Shown: piece after piece, positions 51,981-64,000 of the stretch
Layout: every line of letters starts with the position of its first letter
Numbering within the stretch: the first letter of the stretch is position 1
Assembly: GCA_043228905.1 (NCBI GenBank)
Contig: JBHGNT010000001.1
Coordinates: 34,720,001-34,784,000 of the forward strand
Origin: Azolla caroliniana
Taxonomy: Eukaryota; Plantae; Polypodiophyta
Length of the DNA stretch: 64,000 nucleotides
Reading direction: 5' to 3'
Translations under genes and position numbers: made by a program
The notes under the pieces: generated by a model
Told to the model about the DNA's origin: nothing
The model's input: only the letters and a program-made list of their open reading frames with translations
Databases searched by the model: none

Positions 51981-53897
51981 TGTGTGTGTGTGTGTGTGTG
52001 TGTTATAGATAGACATTGAGGCTTGTGATGGGTTGAAGTGCTTGTAGGAATGACTAAAATTAGCAACTAAGGAGGAATTAGCAAGAGACACATCAGTTCT
52101 CTATGTATTGGGGGCAATGTCCTAACGTCCACCGATGTTAGTGCTTACTACATTCATACAAGCTAATGTGGAACATCCTCCATATATTTAGAGTAAGCTA
52201 GGTAGGAATTTATTGATGATATTGTCATTATTTTTTATAAGGTCTTGATGAAAATAACAATTGTAAGAGACATTGGGAAAATAAAGGCAAACATCCAATA
52301 TGGTTAAAATAAATTAATTTACTTCAAAGAGTCTTCACATTAATTTTGTCATGCATGTTATAGCTAAACTTGTGTGCATACATTCATGACTATTTGTTTG
52401 CTTAGATCCTCACGAGTTACTAGCAATACATTGAATCCTTTTATTTTAAAACATAGCCCAGTCATGATCAACGAACAATTGCAAGTTTTCATTTTGTTGA
52501 AAGTTGTTTGTTGTTACACAAGTTCACCTATCATCAATGACATATTATGCATTCTTATATAAATAAATGCATTTGGTATTCGATAAGTACATCACCCTTA
52601 TGAACCACGTGGATTATATATGTACATGAACACATGCAAACATTTAAACACATATAAAACACAATACATTTGCATCAGTTCACTTTCAACCGACCATCCC
52701 TTCTCTTTTTCTATGGTACAATGTTTTCCACATATTGATGATCCAAACCACTCCTTGCACCCAGTCTCAGATGCAACATTCATTGGTGAATATCTTGAGA
52801 ATTGTGAGTCGTTTCTTAATTTTACACAAAGTGTTTGAAACTCCCTTTGGAGTCACAATATGCACAATATGTTCACCAGTAAAATGCTTGAACATAGAGG
52901 GTCACTACTCAATTCCACAAAAGTTTTCACATAGTATGTGTGGATTTGAGTTGTGACCATCAACATTCAAGAATTTTACCAATGAGTATTGCAATTTAGA
53001 GTTAACATTGTAATGTGTGTCCGAAGTGGATTAGATCGACAATGTCTAGAAAGAAAACAAAAAGGACGATAATACTCTCTCTATATATGGGTCCAATATG
53101 GTCCCATAGCTTGCAACCCATCTCCCATGGATGTTAAAATGATATCCATCTATTTCTCTTTCTGTCAAGTGTGAACCATTTTCTTTAGCATATGGTCATT
53201 GTCTTGGCATCATCTCAATGATTGACTTTAAGATTTCCTAAACTATAAAATTATTAATGAGAAAGACAAAAAATAGATCAGCCCAAAAGCTAACATAGTG
53301 CCCTTATACTTTTATTATTTCTTTTCATTTCATGATAGTTGTTCAAACATTAACCTCTCTAAGCACCACCTTTATTGATGTCACACATTATCAGAGCATC
53401 TATTTTGCCTAAAGAACATGAAAACAACATGTGTTCTATATCACTAGCACGGTAGAGCAGCCTCATCTCTTTCCTTATGGGGAAGATAACAATATTACCC
53501 ATCATATGAAGATAATGTTGGTCCTACCCTTTGCAAATAGTATTTCGTAAGACTTTATAATAGATTGCACTCTTTCTTTCCGCATGAATATAATGCATGT
53601 GACCCTCGGCTTCACTTCCCTCAATTCTTTCTGATTAGGATATTTAAAGACTTTAAAAGGGGTTAATGATTAAACAACACGCACTAAACACATTATATAC
53701 TTATATAATTAAAGGTAGCCACTACTTAATAAAGTATTTATGGCCATATGTGGGGTATTTGTATGATATCATAGGACTTCATATGATTATTTATTATGCA
53801 CATACCATATTAAAAGATGTTTCAGCTATTTTTGCAATCATTATTATTTAAAAATTGATCTATTATAGCCACTAATCAAACAATGTGTTATAGGTTC

Positions 53898-54516
53898 CAA
53901 TAACCATTCGGTTAAGTATGTGCCCACTTAAGTGCGCCATTCTATTAAGTGCACTTTTTAAAGAGGTCAAAATCCGGATCAAAAAATTTACATTGTTCAT
54001 GATGAAGTTACATCAGCGGAAATTAAAACTAAGTTCGAGAATCGAAACATTCACAAAACAATCAAAGAAAGGAGTTTATAGGAAAAAATAAAATTAAAAG
54101 AATTTGTTAGGCACAGAGAAATGCATGGAAAAAAGAACCAAAATTCGGAATCGGTCTCTCCAATCGTAGCGTCTGTGTGCGTGTGTCTGTGAGTCAGCGA
54201 TTTTGATTCTCGATTAGAGAAAATAAACTTTCCTATTTAACCCAATTATCCATTTCCTTTTCCGGATTCATTTATTCTTAAAATTGTTTCTTTCTTTCTT
54301 TTGGGGAAGAAATCATATCCAACAAGATTATGTTGAAACCATAAACATTTCAGGTCAATTATATCACGTTAATTGATCATTTTTCTAATCAAGAAACATA
54401 TGGTTAGAGCATAGAAGAAAGAAATTTCAAGAAACCCTAAAAATTTGGGCAAAAAATTTCAGAAAACCCCTAAATGCGCAGCTCGGTTAAGTGCGCACTT
54501 AACCGAATGGTTACTA
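53898..54516. mobile_element. MITE with ~23-bp TIRs, probably Tc1/mariner-pogo-like
   Basis: The left end caataaccattcggttaagt and right end acttaaccgaatggttacta are reverse complements. TA is present on the right flank only. Confidence 0.65.
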
Positions 54517-54549
54517 TATTTAGATTGCAATTGCGTAAAATCAATAGGA

Positions 54550-55269
54550 CATGGTGGGGGTATCGTCATGATTTAAAATGTGATAGTTGTGGTTTTCACA
54601 TTGAATAGATTCACCATGTCTTATGGATACGTCTTGTTGCTAGAGCAATTTGGAAAATATTTTTGAGAAGTTTGTATCTTGTTTATGGTAAACAGATGTA
54701 CACGTGAGGTTTTGTGAGATAGGGAAGGCTTGTTGAGGAAATATAGAATCATGCAAAGGAATGTGTTGATTTTCTTCTACAACAATCCATTGTTTGGTAG
54801 AGGACAAGGTTTGGTCTACGATATCTTCTTTAGTAATTTCTGATTGTGGAAGACAAGTTGTAAATTTGTGTTTCCAAAAGTCAAATAGAATGTGGTTGAG
54901 TTAGTCAAGGAGATGTGGTTGATGTTTCTGCACGGTTTAAGATGTCAATATGAGGCAATAATTGGTGAGCCTAATGTTGTGTTTCATAAGCAACAACATT
55001 TTAGAGAAATGTGGACAAATGCAGAGGTTTTCACCTCTTTTGGGGAGAGAATAAAATGGAGATATGCTTCACCAAGGTCGTTTTCCACCCCCATTACAAA
55101 AGGATCCCGATTTTAGATTTGTAAGTGTAGTTTTTAAGGTAGTTGCATAAGGGCTTTTGCTATTCAACATATTGATTGATGTGGTATGGTGGTTGTGTAT
55201 TCATGTATGAGTTATTTGCAGCCTTTGGGCATCTTTCCATTAACACCAATGTGAATCTTCAAAAAAAAA
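54550..55269 (+). mobile_element. 5'-truncated LINE 3' end with poly(A), same family as 32601-33591
   Basis: Collinear homology to both segments of the 32.6-33.6 kb element. Ends gtgaatcttc-A9. Confidence 0.85.
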
Positions 55270-55336
55270 TATCAAGCCAATTGATATTGCCGATTTCAAT
55301 GTAGTTTTACTATGTTAGTATTCGGTATGTGCATAA

Positions 55337-55943
55337 TGATACGAAAAACAGGTACTCAATCACAACCAAGTAGAATGCGGAATGGGTACAAGCATATACA
55401 AAGAGAAATATGAATGAAAGTACAGAAGATATTAACGTGGAAAACCCCTAAACCGGGTAAAAACCATGGGTGCCAACAAACACCAAGCAAATCACTATAA
55501 GAGAGATATACAATGAAACGAACTGACAAGCACCGACTTGAATTTGTTCACCTCGCCGACTAGCGGTTGCAACTAAGGCACTCTCAATGTCTATTTCTCT
55601 CTAACTCTTTTCGTCTATTCTGCTGCAGAGGCACCAACCTCGAACGCGTTGTACACTGTTACACAAATACTCTCTTCAACTGGACTACAAGATAAACAAG
55701 ACGACTCTACACACACACAAAGTTTGCCCTAGTTATCTTTATACTTTGATGATAACTTTCGGGCTATTTACATAACTGGCCTAAGTAGGCTCAACTCAAA
55801 AACATATTTACATTTTTGAGCTGTCCGAATACTTATCCGGACTCCCATCCGATCTGGCTCCCATCTCTCTGGCTCTTGACCGGGTGTAGTAATCTCCTCT
55901 ATCCTGAATTCGGCCCATCCGACAAGGGACCTAATTCTCAACA
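55337..55943 (-). mobile_element. Solo LTR related to 51086-51894, opposite orientation
   Basis: Shares ttaacgtggaaaaccct, caaagtttgcccta, ggctatttaca and the terminal agggacct...aaca with the reverse complement of the 51-kb LTR. The flanks cataa/tataa are a 4/5 TSD match. Confidence 0.72.
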
Positions 55944-57910
55944 TATAATTACTCATAAAAGAAGAAATTGTACAACTTATAGGGTGAGAATCTTTTGTGG
56001 AAGGGAAGAGTCCTTTTCCATATCAATGGAATAGTGGAATGTGTTTCCAAACATGTGATATATGTGTTAAAGCATATTTGGCGAGATGCATATGAAAATA
56101 CCCATTAAACAATCAAGAATTGTCATGATTGTAATGTTCCTATATGTAGACAATTGAGTACACGTCATACAACATTTCTCAGGACTGAAGAAGTGAAAAA
56201 TTATCTATTATTAATTACTTACTAAGGATGCATACTTGTCTAAAGTTGACGAAGTAGATCCAAAGTTATCAAAGAAATTATCAATTGTAGCCCATTATGA
56301 AGTTTTTAGTGATATTTGCCACTATATTGTGAAAGCTCTTAAATGACCATTAATTGTGATAGTAAACTTATTGAGACCTAACTCTTTGTTAGGGGGCATA
56401 GGTCTTACCATTGAGTTACACCTTGTTAATTATAACAATGGTCTTAGTTAGAATGTTCTCCATTTTTTGATGTCACATGGACAACATATACAACTTAGCA
56501 TACGTGCAAAAGTCCTCTAAAAGTATAACTAAAAATTTCCCTCAAGACGAGGGCATTCACTCAAGTTTTTGGAATAGCTTAACGTATGTCATGATTTCTT
56601 CTCGTAGACTCCCTCCCACTCCATGACACTAGTAAGGACCTAAGGATTTCTACCAAAGGAAGTTAGTTGGTACCCTACTCCATTATATGAAATTGTTTTT
56701 TGACACAATGAGCCTCATTGGATGTTATCACTAGTAACGTATTTGCCTTTACATTATATGATTTAAATACTTTTTGGTTAAAATTCTGATATCCAAAGAT
56801 TAGGTGAATGTTGTGTTTGTTGAACATTTGATTGGTACACCATTTATCTATAACCACAACTTGTTGAGATATATTAAGTTAAAGAAACCTGAATTGTTTT
56901 TGAATTTGATAAAACAAGACATAAATTAGATATAAGCTTTAGCCTTTCACACAGATGTCAATTCAAGGATACTATTTAAAATTTAAACAATAGTTTGATA
57001 TAAACAAATATGACCACGCTCAATTGTAATTGACATGTCCACAAAATGAGTGGAAACCCACAAAGTTCTCACACCCGTTTGTATACGTAAAGTTACCAAT
57101 AATAAATTAGTCATGAACACATTGCATAAAATGCTTGCATTGACATTTATGTATATTTGAAACTCTTGCCACAATGACAATTCATACGCATGTGGAGGCT
57201 CGAAGTAGTGTTGATTATGATTTATGAGCCATGTGACTGAACCAACATTATATTAGGATTCTCCTCCTCAACCCATCGATCACACAAAAGGATTCATTTT
57301 TTTGAAAGAATTCCTATGGATTGATGTGAATGCATTCATACCAATGATGTGCCCCCAATGGAGCCATGAATCCATTATTGTAAGGAGGTTGTGAACACGA
57401 TCTTTTCGATTGCCTAATAATATTATGTGAACGCAAATGTTCATATCCATGCATGATGCACTGAATTGGGATGCCTATGAATGTATGGGTTATATAATCA
57501 AACATTTGAGAGGACCACAAGTCTCCAAATCCCCTTTATCGAATGTGGGTATTGGACGTAGATGTTCATGCTCATGCAAGGGTTGTCCAACATGGTTGGG
57601 GGGCTTGAATGTAGAGTGACAAGTAGTTAAGAAAGCACCGAGGTCTTCCATTAGGCCAACATGCGAGGACAATTGTGTTTGTCCCAAGGTATCTTGACAA
57701 GTTCATCCATGATGATAAGAAGTTAAGAAAGCATTGAGGTTTTCGATTAGACTGGGCCACGAGGACAATTGTATTCGTCATGAAGTATTTGGAGGGTGGA
57801 GGCAGGCGGTCGGAACAAAGATACCACTCGGGTTTAGTTCTGGTAGTCCTCAGATAACCAGTTTCCAGGAGCGCCTACACATCATCACATAATTCACAAG
57901 GAGATACATT

Positions 57911-57990
57911 CACACACACACACACACACACACATACATAGATACATACATACATACATACATACATACATAGATACATACATACATACA

Positions 57991-58022
<32 letters not shown>

Positions 58023-58098
58023 CATACACACACACACATATGTACATGCATGCATACATTATACATACATACATAGACAGATAGATAGATAGATAGAT
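57911..58098. repeat. Compound (CA)n/(CATA)n/(GATA)n microsatellite upstream of the THA8-like exon
   Basis: Directly visible. Confidence 0.95.
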
Positions 58099-58137
58099 AT
58101 GTCTCTTTTCAGAGAATTTGTGTGTGTGGTGAATGAA

Positions 58138-58545
58138 ATGAATGGCCCAGCGCACACAACTCACTCAATGCTCGCATCTTCCAAGGATTTCATCGCGTCG
58201 CTCTGCGCAGGAAGCGATGGCTTTCTTCCCATCAGCATACCACCAAACTTTCAGCGATGGCGGATCTGCAGAGAAAGATATTCTTCTTCTTCATCATTCT
58301 TTCGTGTTATAGTCGGGAGCTCGAGAAACCCAGGTCGTCCAAGAGGTCCTATATGGAAGGGAAGAGTCCTCTCAAATGAAGCCATGAGGGTAGTTCAAGA
58401 GCTAAAGAGAGCAAAATCATCTGATGATGATGGTCTTCGTGTCTCGAATATACTGAAATCGAAGGCGGCTCGATTGCTGAAGCCAGATATGATGGCCGTC
58501 TTGGGAGAGCTTCGACGACAGAACGAATGCGACCTTATGCTCAAG
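58138..58545 (+). CDS. First coding exon of a THYLAKOID ASSEMBLY 8 (THA8)-family small PPR protein, partial
   Basis: A transit-peptide-like S/R-rich N-terminus, then RGPIWKGRVLSNEAMRVVQELKR...RLLKPDMMAVLGELRRQNECDLMLK, matching THA8/THA8-like N-terminal helices. Donor aag|gtacg at 58545/58546. The start codon is uncertain (58099, 58138 or 58168), and no further exons were found in the window. Confidence 0.8.
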
Positions 58546-60799
58546 GTACGAGTTCAAAATATTCACTAAAATTTTATCTTTTAAGAGGTAGAAAGAAAGA
58601 AGACAAAATATATTTCTAGACTGAAGCTGTTGTGTGTGCATCTTAGTGAATGTTTGACATGGCCATAGTATTTGATAATGTGCTCATTGCAAGACCTCTA
58701 TGTATCTGCACAAACTTTTATGCAAACATATAAATATTTTATGAAGTGGAACATTTATTCAGAAAGTTTATCCTTTTAAACTTGAGTAATGACCCCATGC
58801 GATCATGTCTGTGTATGTATATGTGTAAGCAGTTCTGTGTATGTATGTGTGTGTATTGAGAAAGGGTAGAAATTGGAAAATAGAATTAAATTCTCATAAC
58901 TATCTGGAAAGCTTGATATGCCAAGAAACTATAAAATTCCTTACAAGGATATAAATTTCGAGCTTTATACGGAACAACTGATGATTTTATTGTTTTGGAA
59001 ATAAAACTACACCATAGTTTCCATTACCAATCCAGTAAGCATATACAAAGCATATAATGATACAATCTAGTGGAGGGTAAGATAGCAAAGAAAAGGTATA
59101 TCCCCCACTATGTCCTAAATGAAACCAAACTCCAGCTATGGAGAAAACAGCTGATGATATTCTTGCCAATCTTCATGATTCAATCTTGTCATTCCTGCTA
59201 AAAGGGGCATTAACATTACCATTACACCAAACTTTCCCTTTCTTTGCGTCTCTGAAACTGATCAAACATATTTACTGATTCTAATATTTCTTTGCCTTTC
59301 GCCTCTCCCAATTAGCTTCGCCTTGATTAGCTTTCAAAGTCCTTATTTGTAGGACGGATCTATTTTCTCTATTTCTTGTGTTTTGTACGTAGCTTGAGGG
59401 ACATGCTTCTTTGATCTTTTCCTTAGCTTTGACACACACCGATAGTCTCATACACCAGTGACAAACATTTTCACAAGCATGGGCACTTTCAGGCACATAC
59501 ACACACATAGAAACATGTATATGACCCTGGGGAAAACCCCTTAACTGGTGGGACAAAATCTTCAACATGTAAACACATATTCCTACATGACTTCCTAGGG
59601 GCAGATTTCCAAAAATATTCGGTTTTGTTTGAACCCACAAAAATATTTTTGTTTGTTTGTGTGTGTCCTCAAAACTTTAAGAAGCACACAGAGGGAAAAT
59701 ACATTAGGTGTAATTATATCCATTTACTCAGTAAATATATCAATAGGTGTAGTTAGGTATGAATTTGGAACTGACACTATATTTGTGCATAAAACAATCA
59801 ATCATCCAACAATTACATGGCTCTATATTTTTAGTTTAATGGGGCAAACCAAGGACAGTGGTCACTGTCAACTGGTTTGGGTGATTGCCATGTAAGCTCC
59901 AAAGCTAGATGCTTGTTGAGGTATCTAGAATAAGCACCTTAAGATGATTCTATGCACAAAGCAACATCGTAACCAAAAATGGTGCTCATGAATACTCAAT
60001 TTCAGAATTATATGTATTTTTCAGTACTTTCGTGGTGAAACCCGTAAAGTATCGTAAGCTACTTGTGGGAACATGTGTGATTTATCCCTTACACTTTAGT
60101 GGTGAAACCAGTAAACTGCCAGAAGCTACTATTTGGATCATGTGATCTATTTGATGTTTTTTCCTTTCACAATTTTGGTATACAACATTTATTATCCTAC
60201 ATTTGTCTGCAAACCCATACTCAGCAGATTGAAGTAGATGATAATGAGTTGTATACATGTTTTACTGAAAAATTTCAGGAAGGTTTAAGGGTAAGTTGCC
60301 ATTGTTCTTCTCATCCTGGCGATGATACCTCCATGCAAGATATTCTATCCCATCATCTGTTCCTTTATCTTTTTTAGACCTTTCCACTCTAGCTTTCTGT
60401 CTCATTAGTAGTCTCCTTTGGTACTCGTCCTCCATGTTCTAGAATTAAGGATCTCTGGTTGATCTCTGATTATGGATTTTAAATCAAGGAACATTAAGAA
60501 CGAAGGGATGCTCAAGAATACTAATAATGCAAAAGGAAATTGGACATGTCTAATCACAAAGAACCATGTGAACTAACTCAAACTCTTCAACTGTATTCCC
60601 CAATGCATTAAGATGTTTGTCAATGGTTGGTTCAAATGTTGGACAAAGAATCAGATTCAACAGGATATGTTGTGTCAAAGCAAATTCTTGATGCATGGAA
60701 CAAGAGTTGCCCGTTGGTTGTCTATAGGAATGGCGTTGGGTATCCGAGCAAGCCCTAAAGGTGGGGATACTATTGTTAGAAATATTGAGAATTGACTAG

Positions 60800-62990
60800 A
60801 TAGGCATATAGTGTTACAGTTACAAAGATGTATACGTGTCATTACAAACCTTCTATTTTGTATCAGGGTGGCTCATAATGGTTTTTTTAGTAACACTTTT
60901 ATTACTAGTGGGAAACCTCAAAGTGAGGTGAAAACCCACAAAGAATAAAGAGAAGTATACAAGTGTTTAGACACTAAAGAGCTTAGAAGCACTCAGAGTA
61001 AAGAGTGTAAAGTTGACGTGTGATATCTCTAAGTTGTAGACAATTAAATAGAGATTGCCTGAGGGTTTGCTTAAAGAAGCTAACTTCATACAGTTGGTTT
61101 CAATCAAAGACCTTACTATTGCAGGCCGTCTAGATGGTTCATAGTGCCCAAAATCTTGTCCATTGGAGAATATAGGCATTGCTGGATAGGGCGCACGGAA
61201 TCTGTCCAAATAGCCAAAAGTGCTTCCCAAACCTTCGGCCAGGAAATCTGTGAGAAAGAGATGCACTTAGTCTTTGTACAAATTCTGTAGTGAATGAGCA
61301 TGTCCATAATAAGTGTGGGACTATTTCCGAACGTCCACCACATCATGCACAATGCAGCAAGGCTATCGATCGCTTTTGAAGATTCGATCCAGTCGGGAGT
61401 ACACCCAGTAGGCATCTCCATAGGAATACCCGTTGCTTAAGTGGAAGACTAGAGCGCCATAAGCCCGTATGCCTAATTTTCCACCAGGACTTTGTTTTGT
61501 GTAGGTACCACAATGCATTTGCATGTTCTTGAAACCATGGGGCAGGTTGCAACAACCTATGCACTGAATGTGTTGTAATCTTATCCATTGGAAAAACAAT
61601 GTTGCCTTTTTGTAACATCTAGTCCTGGATCTTGTGATCTCTGTCTAGAAGGGGCACATGTAATACGGAAAGTACCAACTCTGTGACTTGATTCCATATA
61701 ACTCAATGATGTGGTCCAAGATTATAACGACATGTCATGTCATTGAAGCCTAATAGGTGACCTTGGTCATTTACTACATCTGCAATTGATTTCAGCCCCG
61801 TCTTTGCTAAAAAATAAGCTTTTCTAGGCTCTTGTTTAGCTAGTTACTAATAGTCGGCAATGGTTCACTTTGAACCGAACCGAACCATGAAACTGCGGCT
61901 TAACGACTTAATGGTTTAAACATTTCGGTTCGGTTCGGTTTCAACAACTAGAAACTGCGGTTTAAATAAACAATTTTTATTTTTTTTAAAATTGTAAACT
62001 TTTTTTAGAACAATCTTTTCATTTTCAAGCCTTATTCTCACATTTTATGAAAATCTTTAAAATTCTGAAAAATTAGAATTTAAAATAATGAAATATTTTA
62101 AATTTTTAAATTTGAATTTTGACCTAAGTTGAAAACCGAAACCGAACCACAAAACTGCAATTTTAACGGTCTAATGGTTTAATGGTTTGAATTTTTTAAA
62201 ACGGTTCGGTTTAATTGTTTTGTGGTTTGGTTCAAGTTTCAAAATTTTGAAACAAGTCAGTTTCAAACCGGTTCGGTTTTGACACTCTCAAACCGAACCA
62301 TTGTTGATTGTTACTCGTTACCGTGGGAATATAGCACTAAAATGTAACCTTTTGAGGTGTAGAGAGCTCCCTGATTCTGAATTCTTGCCTCTCCATTTTA
62401 TGTGGTGCAATACTTCTCTTCAAGGCTTTAAATGGACATCCTTTGATGTGCCTGCCAAGCTTTCCAAACATGACATCCCAATGGTTAGTGTCCCATGAGC
62501 CAAATGACTTGATTTTCAAATTATCAAACATATTTGATAGCACTCTTGCCCAAGGCAATGTTTTTTCGGCAAATTTTGGCAGTAAAGTTTCTTTCCTAGC
62601 CAACTTATGCAATTGCAAATTAAGTTTATTTACTCCTCCACACAGTCGTGGAGTGGATATCTTCACTTGTGATAAGAGGCGTACACCTCTGTGCAACTGC
62701 TTAGAGCACCAAAAGTTTCTTATGATTTCTGAGTTAATCTTTTGTATCATGTGTTTCAGCCAATCAATCATAATTAAGTAATACTACATGTAAGCCATGA
62801 ATATAGATTGCACTATCCTCAATCTGACATGGAGTGACCATGTTGCAATCTTCCAATAGCTTAGCTTTTCTCTCACTTTTTGCAGAACCCATTCAGCCTT
62901 TCCTTTCCCTGTTTTATTCCAGCCCAATGGATAACCAAGTTGTCTAACCATTTCATTTGGGAGGTAGCTCATAATGGTAGTCCTCCCATG
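60800..62990 (-). mobile_element. Truncated LINE ORF2 3' half in the presumed THA8-like intron, interrupted by a hAT MITE
   Basis: RQLGYPLG...EWV...VREKLSYWK...W.LHVRLRIVQSI, TPRLCGGV and zf-RVT WRSSLPLKQRVFLWRCLLGVLPTG, homologous to the 47-51 kb LINEs. The ends are approximate. Confidence 0.85.
61848..62313. mobile_element. hAT-superfamily MITE (466 bp)
   Basis: TIRs taatagtcggcaatggttc and gaaccattgttgattgtta, an 8-bp TSD ctagttac/ctcgttac (7/8 match), and subterminal AACCG repeat arrays in both orientations. Confidence 0.85.
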
Positions 62991-64000
62991 CACTCACACA
63001 TTAGAGCTTAGATGGGATCTGGACTAGTCAACTATAGAGTTAGTTGACACATCACAACAGCTGTGTAAGAGAAAGAAGGTGGATATTTATATTGTGTTTG
63101 GTCTTATTGTCACATTAATGTGCAAGTCAGTTGATAGTAGTGGGGCTATTCCTTTTCAATCATATGAGCTTCCCTAGATTCAACCTAGTGGTAGATAGTA
63201 GTACTTATCTTAACCTGCCAGTAGAGAATGTTCTTCTAGTTGACTAGACTAGTCTATCCCATTACACTACGTACCTCTTTCCTAAACACATTGTGTCCGA
63301 CCCATCGACGGTTTCCCACATTGACACCTCATTGACCCATATGGTTGGATTGTACTATAGCTACTTATCATTTGGGGTGCTATTCCAAATATGCAGTCTA
63401 AGAATACATGTGGTGATAAACTGACAACTTGGGGGCAATCATTGACTATATCTAACAACTATTACTGAGGCATCTTTGCTCTAATCTAGGTATTGACATT
63501 TGTTAGTGCTCAGTATGCCGCACAAATAATTGATTATAACATAGCGCTGCTCAACTAATAGTCTCCGCAAAGGATATAGGATCTTCATGAAAATTAAGAA
63601 GCAAGGCTTTCATGTCATTTTGAAGCCCATGCCAGAATTAACTTGTTAATGCTTATTCTTCATCCCAAGGAATATCACATGCAATAAGGCAGATTTTTGC
63701 CTCATAAACTTAGGCAAAACAATGTCCGTGTTGCAATCCTCGAATCTTATTGGCAACTTCCTCTCTAGCAATGGCACGAACCATGCTAGTACCTGTCAAT
63801 AAGGTTCCAACTTGAGTTGCAACAGTAGGACATCGGGAACTTGCCACTATTTTGGTATCATACACCTCCAAATGATGAACAAAACAAGGTTTGTGGCAAG
63901 ATCTATTGCAACTCTATACTCCAAAAACTACGATCACATCCGATGAGCCATTTCCCACATAGATGGCGTAGTACAAAGATCAGTTTTTTGAACTTCTCAC

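Noticed and set aside
57620-57790. ~97-bp degenerate tandem duplication
   Set aside because: Only two diverged units, with no coding or structural signal. Treated as a neutral local duplication.

Overview
AT-rich, microsatellite-dense eukaryotic nuclear DNA from a land plant. A non-seed plant such as a fern is my guess from protein divergence and TE content; the sequence does not prove it. Five protein-coding genes are supported: (1) a spliced NAP1 histone chaperone (3516-9208, +) whose acidic tail is cut by premature stops ahead of a tandemly duplicated CaaX terminal exon; (2) a six-exon GH28 polygalacturonase (16698-20106, +) with a 15-nt first coding exon; (3) an intronless TOPORS-like C3HC4 RING E3 ligase (25094-25930, +); (4) an intronless MYC2-like bHLH factor (35918-38362, -); (5) the first coding exon of a THA8-family small PPR gene (~58138-58545, +), with no further exons found in the window. 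The rest is a TE mosaic: decayed LINEs (several abutting (AG)n/(TG)n tracts, two sharing a non-canonical QAL-x-DD RT motif, one with a twin-priming-type 5' inversion), two related solo LTRs, two Mutator-like TIR elements, a hAT MITE, a pogo-like MITE, Copia and Gypsy remnants, and an unclassified microsatellite-tailed repeat stacked inside a NAP1 intron. There is no CRISPR, rRNA or convincing tRNA gene. The best candidate for an undescribed system is a microsatellite-associated LINE lineage with an inferred LADD catalytic motif. All exon models were read by eye and need RNA-seq confirmation.
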